NCBI GenBank assembly: GCA_964016885.1
Contig: OZ024740.1
Location: forward strand, 58,466,001-58,530,000
Origin: Eledone cirrhosa
Taxonomy: Eukaryota
Reading direction: 5' to 3'
DNA: 64,000 nucleotides
Translations under genes and position numbers: made by a program
Shown: positions 27,050 through 41,884 of the stretch, piece after piece
Numbering within the stretch: position 1 is the stretch's first letter
Layout of the letters: each line of letters begins with the position of its first letter
The notes under the pieces: model-generated
Told to the model about the DNA's origin: nothing
Databases searched by the model: none
What the model saw: the letters and a program-made list of their open reading frames with translations, nothing else

Positions 27050-27828
27050 AATTGTCAGGAATTTGCAGATGACATGGTGTTACTTAACTCAATAGAAGGT
27101 GATCTCTGACTTGCACTTGAGAGGTTTGATGGCAAGTGCTGCACAGCAGGAATGAAAATCAGTGCTGCAAAAAGTGAGACACTTGTCCTCTCAAGTAAGC
27201 TTGGACAGTGCATTCTACATTTGAATGGAGTTCCACTGAAGCAGGTAGAGCAGTTCAAGTATCTCAGGCCATGTTCATGAGTGTTGGAAGGCAGGAGGCT
27301 GAATTAAATGCAAGAATTGCTGGAGCTGGTGCAGTAAGAAGGGAGGTAGGTGTAACAGCCAAACTTGCTATCTTCAGTTCAGTATTCGTGCCAACCTTTA
27401 CCTATGGTGAATCTTGGGTAATGCCTGAAACAATATGATCACGAATACAAACAACTGAAATGGGGACCGTCTGAAGGGTCTTTGGAGTAACATCACTTGA
27501 TAGGGTGCATAGCTTGGAGAATTGCTCCAAATGGAGCTGTTACTTCTCTGAATTTAGAAATCACAGCTCCTATACTATGGGCATGTGGTTAAAATGTCTC
27601 AGGAAAGACTTGTTGGACAGATTTTATGGGCAAAACCAACCAGCAGGAGACACAGGTGTAGACCCCGAGCAAAATGGTTAGATAACATCCATGAGCTTAG
27701 CTGGTCTCAATTGGGGATCTAGCCAGATCAGTTGGAAACTGCTGCTTCTGACAGGACCCACTGGAAGGAGAGTTTGAGGATTCCCACGACCCTCTTAGGA
27801 ATAAGTGGGTAAAGAAGAAGAAGAAGAA
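27050..27828 (+). mobile_element. 5'-truncated Rex3/Expander-like RTE LINE (family C)
   Basis: FADDMVLL..LALERF..AGMKISAAKSETLVL, VFVPTFTYG, (GAA)n tail; no PHD insert. Confidence 0.85.
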
Positions 27829-27939
27829 AATTTTCAATATTGTTGTTTAGTTTGTTCTAATATTGTTTCCAGAAGCTAGTTTACCACAGCTTAATATTCA
27901 GCTTTATGACTGTCTCTCCCTAACATTAAATTTATCATT

Positions 27940-28059
27940 TATCTGAGTTCAAATCCCGCCGAGGTTGACTTTGCCTTTCATCCTTACGGAGTTGATAAAA
28001 TAAAGTACCAGTAATGCACTGGGTAATTGCTGGCCTTGTGCCTAAAGTAGAAACAATTA
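27940..28059 (+). mobile_element. 5'-truncated SINE family A
   Basis: GAGTTCAAATCCCGCCGAGG..AAGTAGAAACAATTA; near-identical to 39286-39399. Confidence 0.85.
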
Positions 28060-28393
28060 AATTATCATTTTGTCACTTTGTAATTAACCATAACTACAAC
28101 ATTTAATGTTACAGTTATGGGTAATTTCTATTCCACAAACCAACTATAAATTTCTCATATAGACAGAGTTATCTTATATTTGTGCTAACTTTAGGATATA
28201 CATATATCTTATGTTAACTCATAACATCCTGTACCACATGAAACTACTTTAAGACATTCATGAAAAGTACAAAACAACACTATGGCTATATCACATTAAA
28301 AAATAAAGTCTCTACTTTAGTTTACTGCAAATTTTCGCAACAATCTGTCCAATTGTGAAGATACTATAAACACTTGAATTAACAAACCATTGG

Positions 28394-29338
28394 GGAGTTT
28401 ATGACTGGCTGTCCATAGCAGTTGATATATGCTGATGACTTGGTTCTTATAGCCAAATCAATGGAAGAGCTACTGAAAATATTCTGGCTTTGGAAACAGA
28501 GTAAACTTGGAAAAAAACTAGTTTCAGTAAGAAGGAAAGAAGACAGGACCCTGATCCCACCAGGGAAGTAGCCTTACTCGATACATAATGGATTTGGTAA
28601 AAAATGTATATGATGTACTCAAGAGATGTAGTTGTATAGCAGGCATACTAACAGAAAAGGTAAACTTTGTATGTAGCAGATGCACAGGGATAGTTGGCAG
28701 TCGGACCATCAGTAAAATAAATGTTTGCTAATTCCAGGAAGGCTTCATAGAGATAGTTGATAGCTTCTGCTACCTAGTTGATCTAATTAGCAGAGGAGGA
28801 TGGTGCTCTGAGAACATAGTAACTAGAATAAGAACAGATTGGAAAAGGTTCATGGAGCTCCTACATCTGTTGAACAAAAGGTTTCTCTCTACGAGTGAAA
28901 AGTTGGCTTTTTGATGGTATTGATGGTATGTGTGATGTTGCATGGTAGTGAGACATGATCAGTGAATGCAGAGGATATGTGAAGGCTGAAGAGAAAGGAA
29001 AAAAACACGCTTCAAGGGATGGGCAATATTAGTGTATGTGAACAACAAATCATGGACGAACTGAGAGAAAAACTGGGTGTAATAAGTATCAGGTGTAATG
29101 TGCTGGAGAGAAGGCTACACTGATGTGAACATGTGATGCTGATGGATAATGATCGATGAGTAAAGAAATCCCAGTGAAGGGAGGCCAAGGAAAATTTTGG
29201 TGGAGGTTATGAGAGTCACTGAAGCTCACAGAGGAGATGCCAAAGGACAGCAATGAGTGGAGAGATGATGTGCTGGAAAAGACATGTCCAGCCCATGTAA
29301 ACATAGAAAAGCAGGCATAAAACGATAATGATGATGAT
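28394..29338 (+). mobile_element. Decayed 5'-truncated RTE LINE (family A-like) inserted in an M1 MITE
   Basis: EFMTGCP*QLIYADDL, colinear with 12255-13280, (GAT)n tail. Confidence 0.88.
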
Positions 29339-30273
29339 TTTTATGTTTTCTACTAAATCATTACAGAATCTTAAGATGTAATATAACATCATTTTACCTG
29401 CCTTCAACATATTTTAATCTTATAAAAGTATTTCACATAATTCTTGCACTAATCATTTTCAATATTTCCCCACCAAACAGAAAGGCAACACATTTGTTAA
29501 TTAATATCTGTTTATGTTAATTAATTTAAACATCGTAAACTTAATTGTCAGATTTTTTTCTTCTGAAATATACTTTCTATGTGGCCAATTGATAGAGTCA
29601 TTAGAGCATCAGATTAAATGTTAGGTATTTGTTCCAGCTCACTGTGCTCTGAGGTCAACTTTGCCTTTCATCCTTTTGGGTCAATAAATAAAGTACCAGT
29701 CCAGGGGTTGTGGATTGGAAGAATTGTTAAAGAGTATAATGGCATGCTATATAGTGTCTGATCTAGCTTGGTGTGTTCGGTGTTCAACTGTCACACGCAT
29801 GACTACCTAGCAGGATGGACTGTGTGCTTTTGTTGTGGCATATTTAAAGTTATGTAAGTCATTTATTTTTATGAAATAAATCACATGTGTAATCTTTCAC
29901 TTGATGGTAACTAAATAATTTTGAATTATGAGGATAAGATTCTGTTTTATTAAAGTCTTTGCAAATGTTGGTCCAAGTTTTATGATGCTGAGATAGTTAA
30001 CAATAAGTTTGTAAAATTTTAAAATTTCTATTAACATTCTATTCAGTGAAATCCATTAAATTTCATAAGGATAAATTTCTGGTACATATATTGATTCAAT
30101 ATGCTTCACAGATGTTTTTAATTGCATTGAAATAGCATCTGAATTGTTGGTTTCCAGCTTTGATTCTGACTTTACAAAAGTAATGTAACTCTTGATATCT
30201 TGTACCATGTGAAACCATAATAGCAGGACTTTCTTGAAAAGTACATAGCAACACTATCACTACATCATATTAA

Positions 30274-30496
30274 CCCCTAAACATTTAAACCGGCCATATC
30301 TGGCCAGAATTCTCTCACCGCTTTCTGTTCAAACCAGTTGTAACTGGCCACTCATACCAACGTTAATGTGTTGTTCTCAAAATAAATACCAATATCTTGT
30401 AGAGTAGATTCGATATTATGTGAGATAATTATGTGAGGTAAAGCCTTTTCTGTGAAAATATAATAGTAAATATAGAGTAATGTGAATGCTAAAGGG
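30274..30496 (+). mobile_element. piggyBac-like MITE M2 nested in an M1 MITE
   Basis: TTAA at 30270-30273 and 30497-30500; M1 sequence resumes after it. Confidence 0.85.
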
Positions 30497-30798
30497 TTAA
30501 AAATTAAAGCCTCTATTTCAGTTTATTGGAAATTTTCGCAATAATCTACCCACTAATAAAAGCATATTAAACATTTGAATTTACAAAACTGTTCTTAAAT
30601 ATTTTCTACTAAATCATTACAGGATGTTAAAAGTTAATAAATCCTAGCTTTGTAGTCAAGTAACTATAACATCATGGAAATATACTTTAAAGCTGTTAAT
30701 TTTAATGATTTAGTTCAGAACTGTAAATTCTAAAGATTTACTTGGTTAACATTATGGTATAAAAGTTAAAGATTGAGTTAAGTCATACATTGTTTTAA

Positions 30799-31014
30799 CC
30801 TTTTAGCATTTAAACTGGCCATATCCGGCCAAAATTCTCTCACCTCTTTCTGTTCAAACTAGCAATAACTGGCCACTCATACTGATGTTAAGGGTTAAGG
30901 TATTGTTCTCAAAATAAATAATATCAAAATCTTATAGATTTGATATCATGTGAAGTAAAGCCTTTACCGTGAAAATATAATAATAAATATAGAGTAAAGA
31001 AAAATGCTAATGGG
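30799..31014 (+). mobile_element. piggyBac-like MITE M2
   Basis: TTAA|CCTTTTAGCATTT ... AAATGCTAATGGG|TTAA. Confidence 0.87.
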
Positions 31015-31672
31015 TTAAACAATGAAGGTAAATGGTAGTAACGTTAGAAACGAAGTAATTATTTAAACAGAGAGAATTATAGTGGGTAAGGATTGTAGAT
31101 ACTATATTTCTAATGAAAAACTCTGCCTATGATTTTCAAATCATTTTGAAAATAATAAAGAATTTGGAGGGATTTAGTAATATAACTAATTTTTTTCATT
31201 ATTAAAATGGAATTGGAACATAACAAAGGTTATTAGAGAAATTTGTTATGGTAGGTTTTTAGATCAGTATAGACATTTAATAGTAAACAGTTTTGTATTA
31301 TAAAACCATTGTCAATTTCAGGCAGTTTAGTATTAAAAGGTTTAATACAGTGTCTATTTAAAAAAAAGGGTATGGCATATGCCAGGGACTGAGAGATGTC
31401 TGTCAGATCATTTAAAAAAAAAATAACTATATCTCTCAGAGACATTCAACTACCCTTAAATATGATATCAAAATGATATAAAACAGAAAGGTGTAATATT
31501 GATTTGAGTGAGATTTTAATGAGAATTATGTCTTGCTACAACATAAAGGTTTATCTCATTAGCTCAGTCCTACCTATATACAAAATATAGTAGGGAGATT
31601 TGGCTGATGTTTCTAGCAAGTCTAGCTGCAATGTTGAAGTCTCTCTCCTTGGTTTAGACATATATATATATC

Positions 31673-31940
31673 CCTTCATTTGTTTCCTTGAGCAAGACAC
31701 TTTATTTCACATTGCTCCAGTTTACTCAGCTGTAGAAATGAGATGATAGGACTGGGGTCCCTATCATTCCACTGTAAAGTGGTCGTGGAGGTGCCACGGC
31801 AAAAAAGCACCCAGCACTCACTGTAAATGAGATTGGTGTTAGGAAGGGCATCCAGCTGTAGAAATCAAGCCAGAATCAGTTCCTGTCCCACCCTTGCAAG
31901 CAGGGAAAAAGCGGACATAAAATGAAATGATGATGATGAT
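31673..31940 (+). mobile_element. 5'-truncated SINE family C (RTE-A tail)
   Basis: Near-identical to the reverse complement of 40294-40607 but with one 48-bp unit instead of two. Confidence 0.88.
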
Positions 31941-31952
31941 AAATATATATAT

Positions 31953-32171
31953 ATGGGTGAAGAAGTGTCAGGAAATGCCAGTTGAAGGAAGACGTGGTAG
32001 AGGTAGACCACAAAAAACATGGGTGGAGGTGGTGAGAACAAACCTCAGATCATTGAAGCTCACGGTGGAGATGACAAGGGACCGTGACGAGTGGAGAGAT
32101 GCTGTGCTGAATAAGACCCGTCCCACCCTTGCAAGCACGGAAAAGCGGATGTAAAATGATGATGATGATGA
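31953..32171 (+). mobile_element. RTE family A 3' fragment
   Basis: WVKKCQEMPVEGRRGRGRPQKTW...TEKRM then (GAT)n; nearly identical to 35770-35990. Confidence 0.93.
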
Positions 32172-32489
32172 TATAAATATATATATATACATTCATACAT
32201 AAATCAATAAGATGATATTTAAGGATGATTTGACTGTTATTTCTAACAGTTATAGCTGCAATGTAAAGTTCTTTTTCATTATTCATACATATATCATTAT
32301 CATACTTTTTATGTCTACTTTTACATGTTCGCATGTGTTGGATATTATGTTTTGAGACAATGTTTTACAGCCAGATACCTTTCATGTCACCAACCCTTTT
32401 AGTTATCTAATGTAACATGCAGGGATGTGGTGTATCTATCCTAAAAACAAGGATACACACATATATTTCTGTTAGGTGTAGCTGTCACA

Positions 32490-32900
32490 CTAGAGACTTT
32501 TCATTGGTTCATCATAATCAGAGAATTTCCCATGGAAATAACAATAGTGTAATGCCAGGCTTGTGACATCACATCTGTTAGAGAGTGACTTGGGAGATGA
32601 GTAGAACTCATCTCTGATATGGATACACAAACAACTCTGAACTCTATTTAGACAGGATACAGAGCTTTTAGCAGCACTGCTCCACATATGGGAATAGTAC
32701 TCTGTTGTCAGTCTAATCTGAATCTTATAAAGATACAAAATTGCAGATGGAATCAGATATTTTCTTGAAGAACCCTATCATTTTTTCAGAGCTTTTTTTA
32801 ACGAGGCACCATTCATATGAAGAGGAGAAAAGTTAGGGACATTCTAATGCTGATGGAAATAGAAAACCTTAGTTTTTGAGGTATTAAAGATAGCAGTATA
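32490..32900 (-). mobile_element. Decayed CR1-group LINE ORF2 C-terminal fossil
   Basis: LYKIQIRLTTEYYSHMW...SLSNRCDVTSLALHYCYFHG resembles LYKxQIRPxMEYCxHIW...LSHRRxVASLSLFY. Confidence 0.7.
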
Positions 32901-35644
32901 GGTTTGAGAAAAACATTGTCCTCATACATTCCATAATGTGGCCTAGTTTCTATGGCTGGATGCCCTTCTCGACATCATGATATATTATATACATACATAA
33001 GAAGGTAGGGTGAAATTTGAGGGATATTTAACTCTATTTCATTATTGTTGTTACTCTATTATTACACTATTCTGGCAACACCAACACTGCCCTTTGTTGT
33101 AATTATTTGTCCACCCTCTTTCACTCTCACTTTCTCTTATGCCAGTAATGATTTAGCCATTCATAAGTCTTCTTCTCACACATACAAACAATCTCCTATA
33201 AAATATTAGATTAGTTATTAAGTGAGTTTGACTTTGAGTTATTGAAACCCCATTAAAGGGTATGGGCTTTTATGGTACTAGACCACTGACAAAGTTTTCC
33301 TTAAGTAGAGTGTTCACTGAAGTTTAATGCATCTTAAGAAACAGTATTTACAACTGCAGTAAGAAACAGAGAAGAGCGTTCAGCCTATACTAAATCAAAT
33401 CAAATATTTTTATACTCATAGTCACTTTGTAAATATTGCAAATGAAAATAAATTATTTTTCATTCATATATGAGACAGGCACTTTAAAATCTGTTACGTT
33501 TGCTTGCACACTATTTCAGAATTTTGATGAACAAAATTGATTTTGCAATTTATGCGAGATGTTGAAAGACATGATGTTGTCTTTTTAACAGATTTTGCAA
33601 TGTTATATTTGAAACAATTTTTATTGCCATGTGTTACCAACTGTAGGTATAACCAATTCAATGTTAACATGAGCCAAAGTAAAGGGTACTGTAAAAGTTA
33701 TATCATTTTTAATATACTGATTAAAATTCAAATGAATATTATTTGACTTATGTGTAAAGATCAAATAAGAAAAACAAAATGTTGTTTGCTGGTTGAACAT
33801 ATAAATAAAAAGTGTGAAGTTGTTTAAGTGAGAGGGTCAAATTGTTTGTAATGGATGAAGTAATTGAAGTTGGAGATATTAAAGTGATCATGTCATTATT
33901 TCTCTGTACATCATATGTGAAAGTTTAATTATTGCATTTTATTAACGATTCCATGAATAGTAAATAGCATTTGATTTATTCTCTTATTGTAAATAATGAA
34001 TACTAATGATAGGAATATTCAATTATAGAAACTATAAATATATTTCATTATATTTGAAGAATTTAACTTTAAATATTTGAAGTTAATTCAACCCCAAATT
34101 TAGTTAATTTTAGCCAATTATGAATTATCACTCTGAATGCAAGAAAATAATTGGAAGTTGATTAATTTTCTGGATAATACATTGAACTATAAGTTTTCTA
34201 AGAAAAATAGTCTTTAAAGTATTTATTTTAGCTGGTGCCAGTGATTTGATAAATTTGAGATTAAAAAAATAATCAAGCAATTTAGCTATAACTTTCTTAA
34301 TGTTGCTGAAAAGCCTTCTTTTCTTGCCACAATTTTTAACTCTGGATCTTCAATCTCCAATTTTTTGTCAATCCAATTCACCCACTAGTATTTATTTCCA
34401 TCTTTTTATTTCTCCAGTCTCAAGGAATCCATTTTGTCAGCTTTTATGCAATTGTTATCACATGTAATATGGATGTATTTAGCAATTTTATGAACCTGGC
34501 GATGTCATTTGTTTATTTATTTATTTATTTTTAATACATTTTATTGTTTTTTGGTCTTTCCATATTATTGCAATCATGTGTTCCTAAGCATATTGATCTG
34601 TTTGTTCATGTCTTGTGTGTAAGGTCATTTCACAGGTTTCATGTTTCTGCCTCATAAAAAATTCTTGGTATGACAGGTTTTTAAGGTTTAGGGCTATTTT
34701 GTTTGTAAAAATGAAACTCACAATGGTTTGCTAGCACGAGTTAATTCACTGTATTATTTTTATTTTCTTTCTTCGGATATGTTGTTATTAGCTGGCCAAA
34801 GTAGTTCTAACTGTCTACTGTTTGAAAAGATGTTTTTATTTTTATTCTTCTCATGTTCATTCTTAGTTTTACTGCCTTGCTTTCTGTATTCTGTTGTTCT
34901 CAAAACGAGCTTAAAGTAGGGAGGTTGTAAACTATTCACAGCCTGTTTTAAAACCTGCCCAAAGATGATGATGAAATGGGAATTAAAATTGATGACAAAT
35001 TTCTCATACACTTTTGATTCACAGATACAATAGTTCTTGTGTCTGGGGGATTTGACAAAGATACTAATCAATGTAACTTAAATGGTAACAATAGATATTT
35101 CCCATGAAAACGCAAAGGAGGGAGATAGTTGATTGGATTAACTTCAATATTTATCATACTAACACAGGATGGATTACTATCAAAATTGATGTACTTGAGA
35201 ATTTGTAGAACATAAAAAACTTATATTAAAAACTAGAAGACATATAGTAAGGTGACTTATTTTTGCTAAATCATCATTAAAATAATGTAAGGACACAAAA
35301 TGTTATATAATTATTTATTACTGGTTATAAGATATTCAACAGTGTAAAAGTTCTATCTTATAGTACATTATGTATAATCTATTATTAATAAAAATATAGG
35401 TTTTATGACTAAATATTTTTTGTCATTGTAATTTATGCTGTCGCCACTAGTATTAACAGAGAGCACCAGTAGCAAACATACTTATACCTCAGCATAATCT
35501 GTAATTTCAATTATAATCTATTTTAATAGCTGCTTTTAAATAAATGTTGTTGCTTCTTAGCTTTATTTTTTATTCAAGAAAAAATATTTTTATCATCATT
35601 TATAAGACATTGTGGGCTTAGTTTTATTGTTTTAACACCTTAAT

Positions 35645-37530
<1,886 letters not shown>

Positions 37531-37540
37531 ATATATATAT

Positions 37541-37670
37541 GCAAAAAAAAGTAAACGGAAACAACAAAGCAAACAACACAGTACAATGAAGGAATATATT
37601 AGTTTAATGTTTGATAAAGTAACAAAAGAGTTTTTACGTTTCAGATACTAGTCCTTCATCTGAAAATGAA
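37541..37670 (-). mobile_element. Possible Penelope-like terminal fragment with a degenerate hammerhead motif
   Basis: Minus strand TTTT-CAGATGA-AGGACTAGTATCT-GAAACGTA-AAAA. Confidence 0.4.
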
Positions 37671-37820
37671 ATAGAAAGCTAGAGACTGTTGAGTCGTGTC
37701 TGATGCTCTTGTGAGTGTAGAGGTGAAACTCCAAAGAAACAAGACTCACTACTTATCCATAATATTCGATATTGAGTACTCATTTCCATGTCTATCAATA
37801 ACACATGAATATAGAGTATA

Positions 37821-38290
37821 CATCATCATTATCATCATCCACTTTTCCTGCTGGGAAGGGTGGAACAGATCTTAGACTGTCAGTACTGAAGTGGGGTTAC
37901 TGACCTCCCAGACAGGACAGGGCTCTGCATCTTGCTTACATATTCTCATGTTCTACTGAGTACACCAGCACAAGAGAGGTTGTCATGTCTTTGAAATAAC
38001 TGAAAGATCTTCCCAACCCTTTGTTTGGCAAGCTTTCTATGGCTGAATGCCCTTCCTATCACCAACCACTTTACAATATACACTTGGTGCATTTATCATG
38101 TAGAATCTACATTGTAGATCACCAACTCTAGAGAGGCTGACATGTTCTTGACACAATTGAAGGGTTTTAGGCATGGTTTCTACAGCAGAGTGACCTTTCT
38201 ATCACCAACCACCTTACAGTGTGTACTGGGTGTATTTTCATGGATCAATGCTAGAGAGGTTATTGGTCCTTATGCCAATGGAAGAGCTGT
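37821..38290 (-). mobile_element. RTE-tailed non-autonomous element with a tandemly reiterated module of about 145-155 bp
   Basis: (CAT)n tail; TTTCTA.GGCTG.ATGCCCTTCCTATCACCAACCAC twice and AGAGAGGTT-like three times. Confidence 0.6.
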
Positions 38291-38609
38291 CTCTGCTGTG
38301 TGTGTGTGTGGGTGGTGGTGATAGGAGAAGGGAGATAAGTATGAAGTTATAGCAAGTGTGGTGTGAATTGACACAAGGTGATATGTGGAGAAGGGATGAC
38401 TTTTGATAACATAGGTGGGGAGGGGATGCAGTGGTGAGAACACCAAAGTGGAAGTAGTGGTTATTGGGGTGAGGGGGAATGGATGATTTGGTCAACAGTG
38501 TTGGTTAGGGGTGGAGGATGGCACTTACCAATACTGGGAAGGGAGGGTGTAGTGATGGAGAGAATAGCTAATGGAGGGGGTATGGGTGGGGTTTATAGAT
38601 GTGGTGAGT

Positions 38610-38738
38610 GAGAAGGATTGTTATGGGGAAGGATTGCTACAGTGGGGAAGATTGATACAGTTGGAAGGATTGATACAGTAAGAAAGATTGTTATAGTGGG
38701 AAGTGTGTTACAATAAGGAAGATTGCTACAGTGGGAAG
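38610..38738. repeat. Minisatellite with a unit of about 18 bp (AAGATTGCTACAGTGGG-like), about 7 copies
   Basis: Direct reading. Confidence 0.8.
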
Positions 38739-39285
38739 AAGGGCATCAAGATATAAAGTTATACACAGACCAGTGACCTGGTTAGAAATCTTGAAACAAA
38801 TTATATTTTACTGAAGTTATCTAAGGTCTAAGTTGTGGTGTTAAACCGGGTGATGAAGTATTACAACAACCCCAAAACAGATACAGTTTATCCAATGGAC
38901 TTCTGTGCAGTTTCAATCTACTAAATTTCACTCACAAGACTAGGGTTTAGCAATGCCGTATGCTTTCACAAGTTCACTTTAGGTGTATAATCATACACCA
39001 TGTGTTTCCATCGTATTCTACTCTTGAGAATGATACACAATTTTTGTATGGCTAACAAATAGGTTCCCTTCTTACTTGATTGTTTGGGGTTCGTGGTAGG
39101 CACAGTATATAGTTGTAAAGCTACTTATTATTCAATCGATATAATCAAGTGTGAAGGAAACAAGAAGAGAGAAATATAAATTCGTGTATGGGAGATATAG
39201 AAAAGAGGTGAAATAATTCTTAAAATTCAACAAGAACCTCCAATGATTGCATTCTTTCCTATACTAATTTATATTATTATTAAAA

Positions 39286-39399
39286 TTCAAATCCCGCCTA
39301 GGTTAACTTTGCCTTTCATCCTTACGGGGTCGATAAAATAAAGTACCAGTAATGTACTGGATAATTGCTGGCCTTGTGCCTAAAGTAGAAACAATTATT
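39286..39399 (+). mobile_element. 5'-truncated SINE family A
   Basis: TTCAAATCCCGCC..GTCGATAAAATAAAGTACCAG..AGAAACAATTATTA. Confidence 0.85.
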
Positions 39400-40293
39400 A
39401 AAATAAGTAAAAGGAAATGTTTTCAACTAATACGAATATTTTGCATTGCTTTTAGTTTAATGTATTTTATCCTTATATAATGTTCTCAATAAGAATAGAA
39501 ATTCTTTTTATGATTACCTTTAATTTATTCCCTTTTAAAACTATTTAGTGATTTATTAGCCTTTAAATATTACACTCCATTGAATGCAAATAGCATTCAG
39601 ACTAATTTATTGAACATTTTACTACATTACTGATAACTTGGAGTTTTCTTTTTTTTTGTTTCAATAGTACAAATGATATATTTATTAATTATTCAACAGT
39701 ATATATTTAATACTCACTATTTGTTACTTTTACAGAATTTTACTCATTGTTACAAGACATTTTTTTATCAGAACATTTACTACTTTTCATATTATTTATT
39801 TCTAAACAAAAGACTTTAAAAATATTTTCTTTAGTCGTATGTTTATTGATTGTTAGTATATATATAAATTATTTTGTGGGGAAGGGGTATTATTTTTTTC
39901 CTCAGAAATATTTTATAATGATATTAACAGTATTCCTGATACATATAATGAAATATAAAAATTGAATAATTTTTTATTTATTAATTTTTTACCACCTAAA
40001 ATTTTCTTTATATAGTTTAATATTTTATTAATATATTGTACACTTAACTGAATCATTGAATTATATTTATTGTTTACTATGTAGGAAATTTGTTTGCTCT
40101 TTTTTTTCTAGCATAATATTTATAGTATCTCAGAAATCTGTATTTAGATTGTTAAGTGGGGCTCTTATACAACATTACTGTTTGTTTAAAATACATTATT
40201 ATATTATTTATTTCTAAAACAAATTTTATCAGGTAACCAGCTTTCTTTCTAGCAGTGAAAATCTTTAAATATATTTCTGATTAACATATGTAA

Positions 40294-40678
40294 TCATCAT
40301 CATCATCATTTCATTTTACGTCCGCTTTTTCCCTGCTTACAAGGGTGGGACGGGAACTGATTCTGGCTTGATTTCTACAGCTGGATGCCCTTCCTAACAC
40401 CAACCTCATTTACAGTGAGTGCTGGGTGCTTTTTTGCCGTGGCACCTCCACGTCCACTTTACAGTGTGGGCTGGGTACTTTTTTGCTGTGGCACCTCCAC
40501 GACCACTTTGCAATGGAATGATAGGGACCCCAGTCCCTATCATCTCATTTCTACAGCTGAGTAAACTGGAGCAATGTGAAATAAAGTGTCTTGCTCAAGG
40601 AAACAACACATCACCCGGTCTGAGAATTGAACTGAGATTGCAAGGCCAATGCTCTAACCACTAAGCTATGTGCCTCCA
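40294..40678 (-). mobile_element. Full-length tRNA-derived SINE family C with RTE-A 3' tail
   Basis: A-box TAGCTTAGTGG, B-box-like AGTTCAATTCT, CORE-like CCTTGAGCAAGACACTT, hairpin, two 48-bp units, AGGAAGGGCATCCAGC, tail matching 35770-35828. Confidence 0.9.
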
Positions 40679-40909
40679 ATCAGCAATTTGAATTATTTGT
40701 TGACATATAGCGATATATTACATAAATAATACTTTTATGTTAATTCTTTGTGAAGCTTTACTCTTATATACTGGGTATTTCTTGTGTAAAAATCTCTTTT
40801 AGAAAATTTTTGAATATTCATAAATATTTGGAATGAAGAATATTTATAAAATAACATTAAAATAAAAATATTTTCTTTTTTAATCCTGATTTAAATTCTT
40901 TTATTTCAG

Positions 40910-40951
40910 GAATTGAGATTATGTTTGTGTACAAGTTCGGATCAAAGGTTG
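40910..40951 (+). other. Candidate host micro-exon (38 or 42 nt)
   Basis: Pyrimidine-rich acceptor TTCTTTTATTTCAG|G; donors AAG|GTTGGT or TTG|GTAATT; two of three frames open. Confidence 0.25.
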
Positions 40952-41884
40952 GTAATTTTCTTTTTTCTGTATATTTTTATAAACATTTTGAACTGTAATA
41001 ACTGTAAAATATATTAAAATAAGTTTTATTAGAATATTTTCTTTTGTATATTTACTATAACTTTAGAAATGCTTTCATAAAAATGGTTATAGCAAATAAT
41101 ATATTACATTGACATATAAAGTTATTAAATTTTATGATTTAAGTATGTTTCATAACAACATGGGAATTTCCTTTTTTTTTTTTAATGAAATCCTTAAAAG
41201 GTTTTAATAACCATTGATGAAATACAAATTATGTTTATGGGTAGGTATTCAATTTCAAAGATTGCAATGACAATCTCCAAATGTTAGATATCAATGTTGG
41301 GTGATTGTGTATTTCTTAATCTTTCATCTGATTTATAAATAGCAACTTTGGAGTTGTACATGTTCAGTTATATAATATAATATTGCTTATTGAAACTGAG
41401 ACTGTTATAAGGTGGAAAAGTCACGCAAGCTATTTAACCCTTTTGTTACCATATTTCTAACAAAACACATTGCCTGTGATTTTCAAATAAATTTGAAAAT
41501 AATCAAGAATTTGGAGAGATTTAGTAATATAACAAATTTTCTCATTATTAAACTGGTGTTTGTAACATAACATTTCTTAAGAGTGTGTTGTGGTTTACTT
41601 GAAGCAGTGTGTAAAAGCTCCTAAGCTGCCATTTTTTTTTTATTTGAAAGAGGTGTTTTTTTTTCTTCTTTTAATGCCAGAAGTAGTGAATGGATCATGT
41701 AGCATATGATTTAAGCTGTGTTCTGATCTAAGTTATTGTTTTGCAGTTTGGTTATTATTATAAATTCTTTTATTCTGAGATTGCCAATATTCCTATCCCT
41801 GGCTTTCATAGCATGTTTTTAAAAGATCATTTAGTATCTAATTAAACAACAAAACCAAAATATAATTTAACATTAGACAATCAG

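Noticed and set aside
37531-37586. N-terminus of the 578-aa ORF
   Set aside because: Read-through into flanking TA and non-LINE DNA; not part of ORF2.
40600-40678. tRNA gene
   Set aside because: A/B-box-like head continues into a SINE body and no full cloverleaf is evident; the same holds for other SINE heads.
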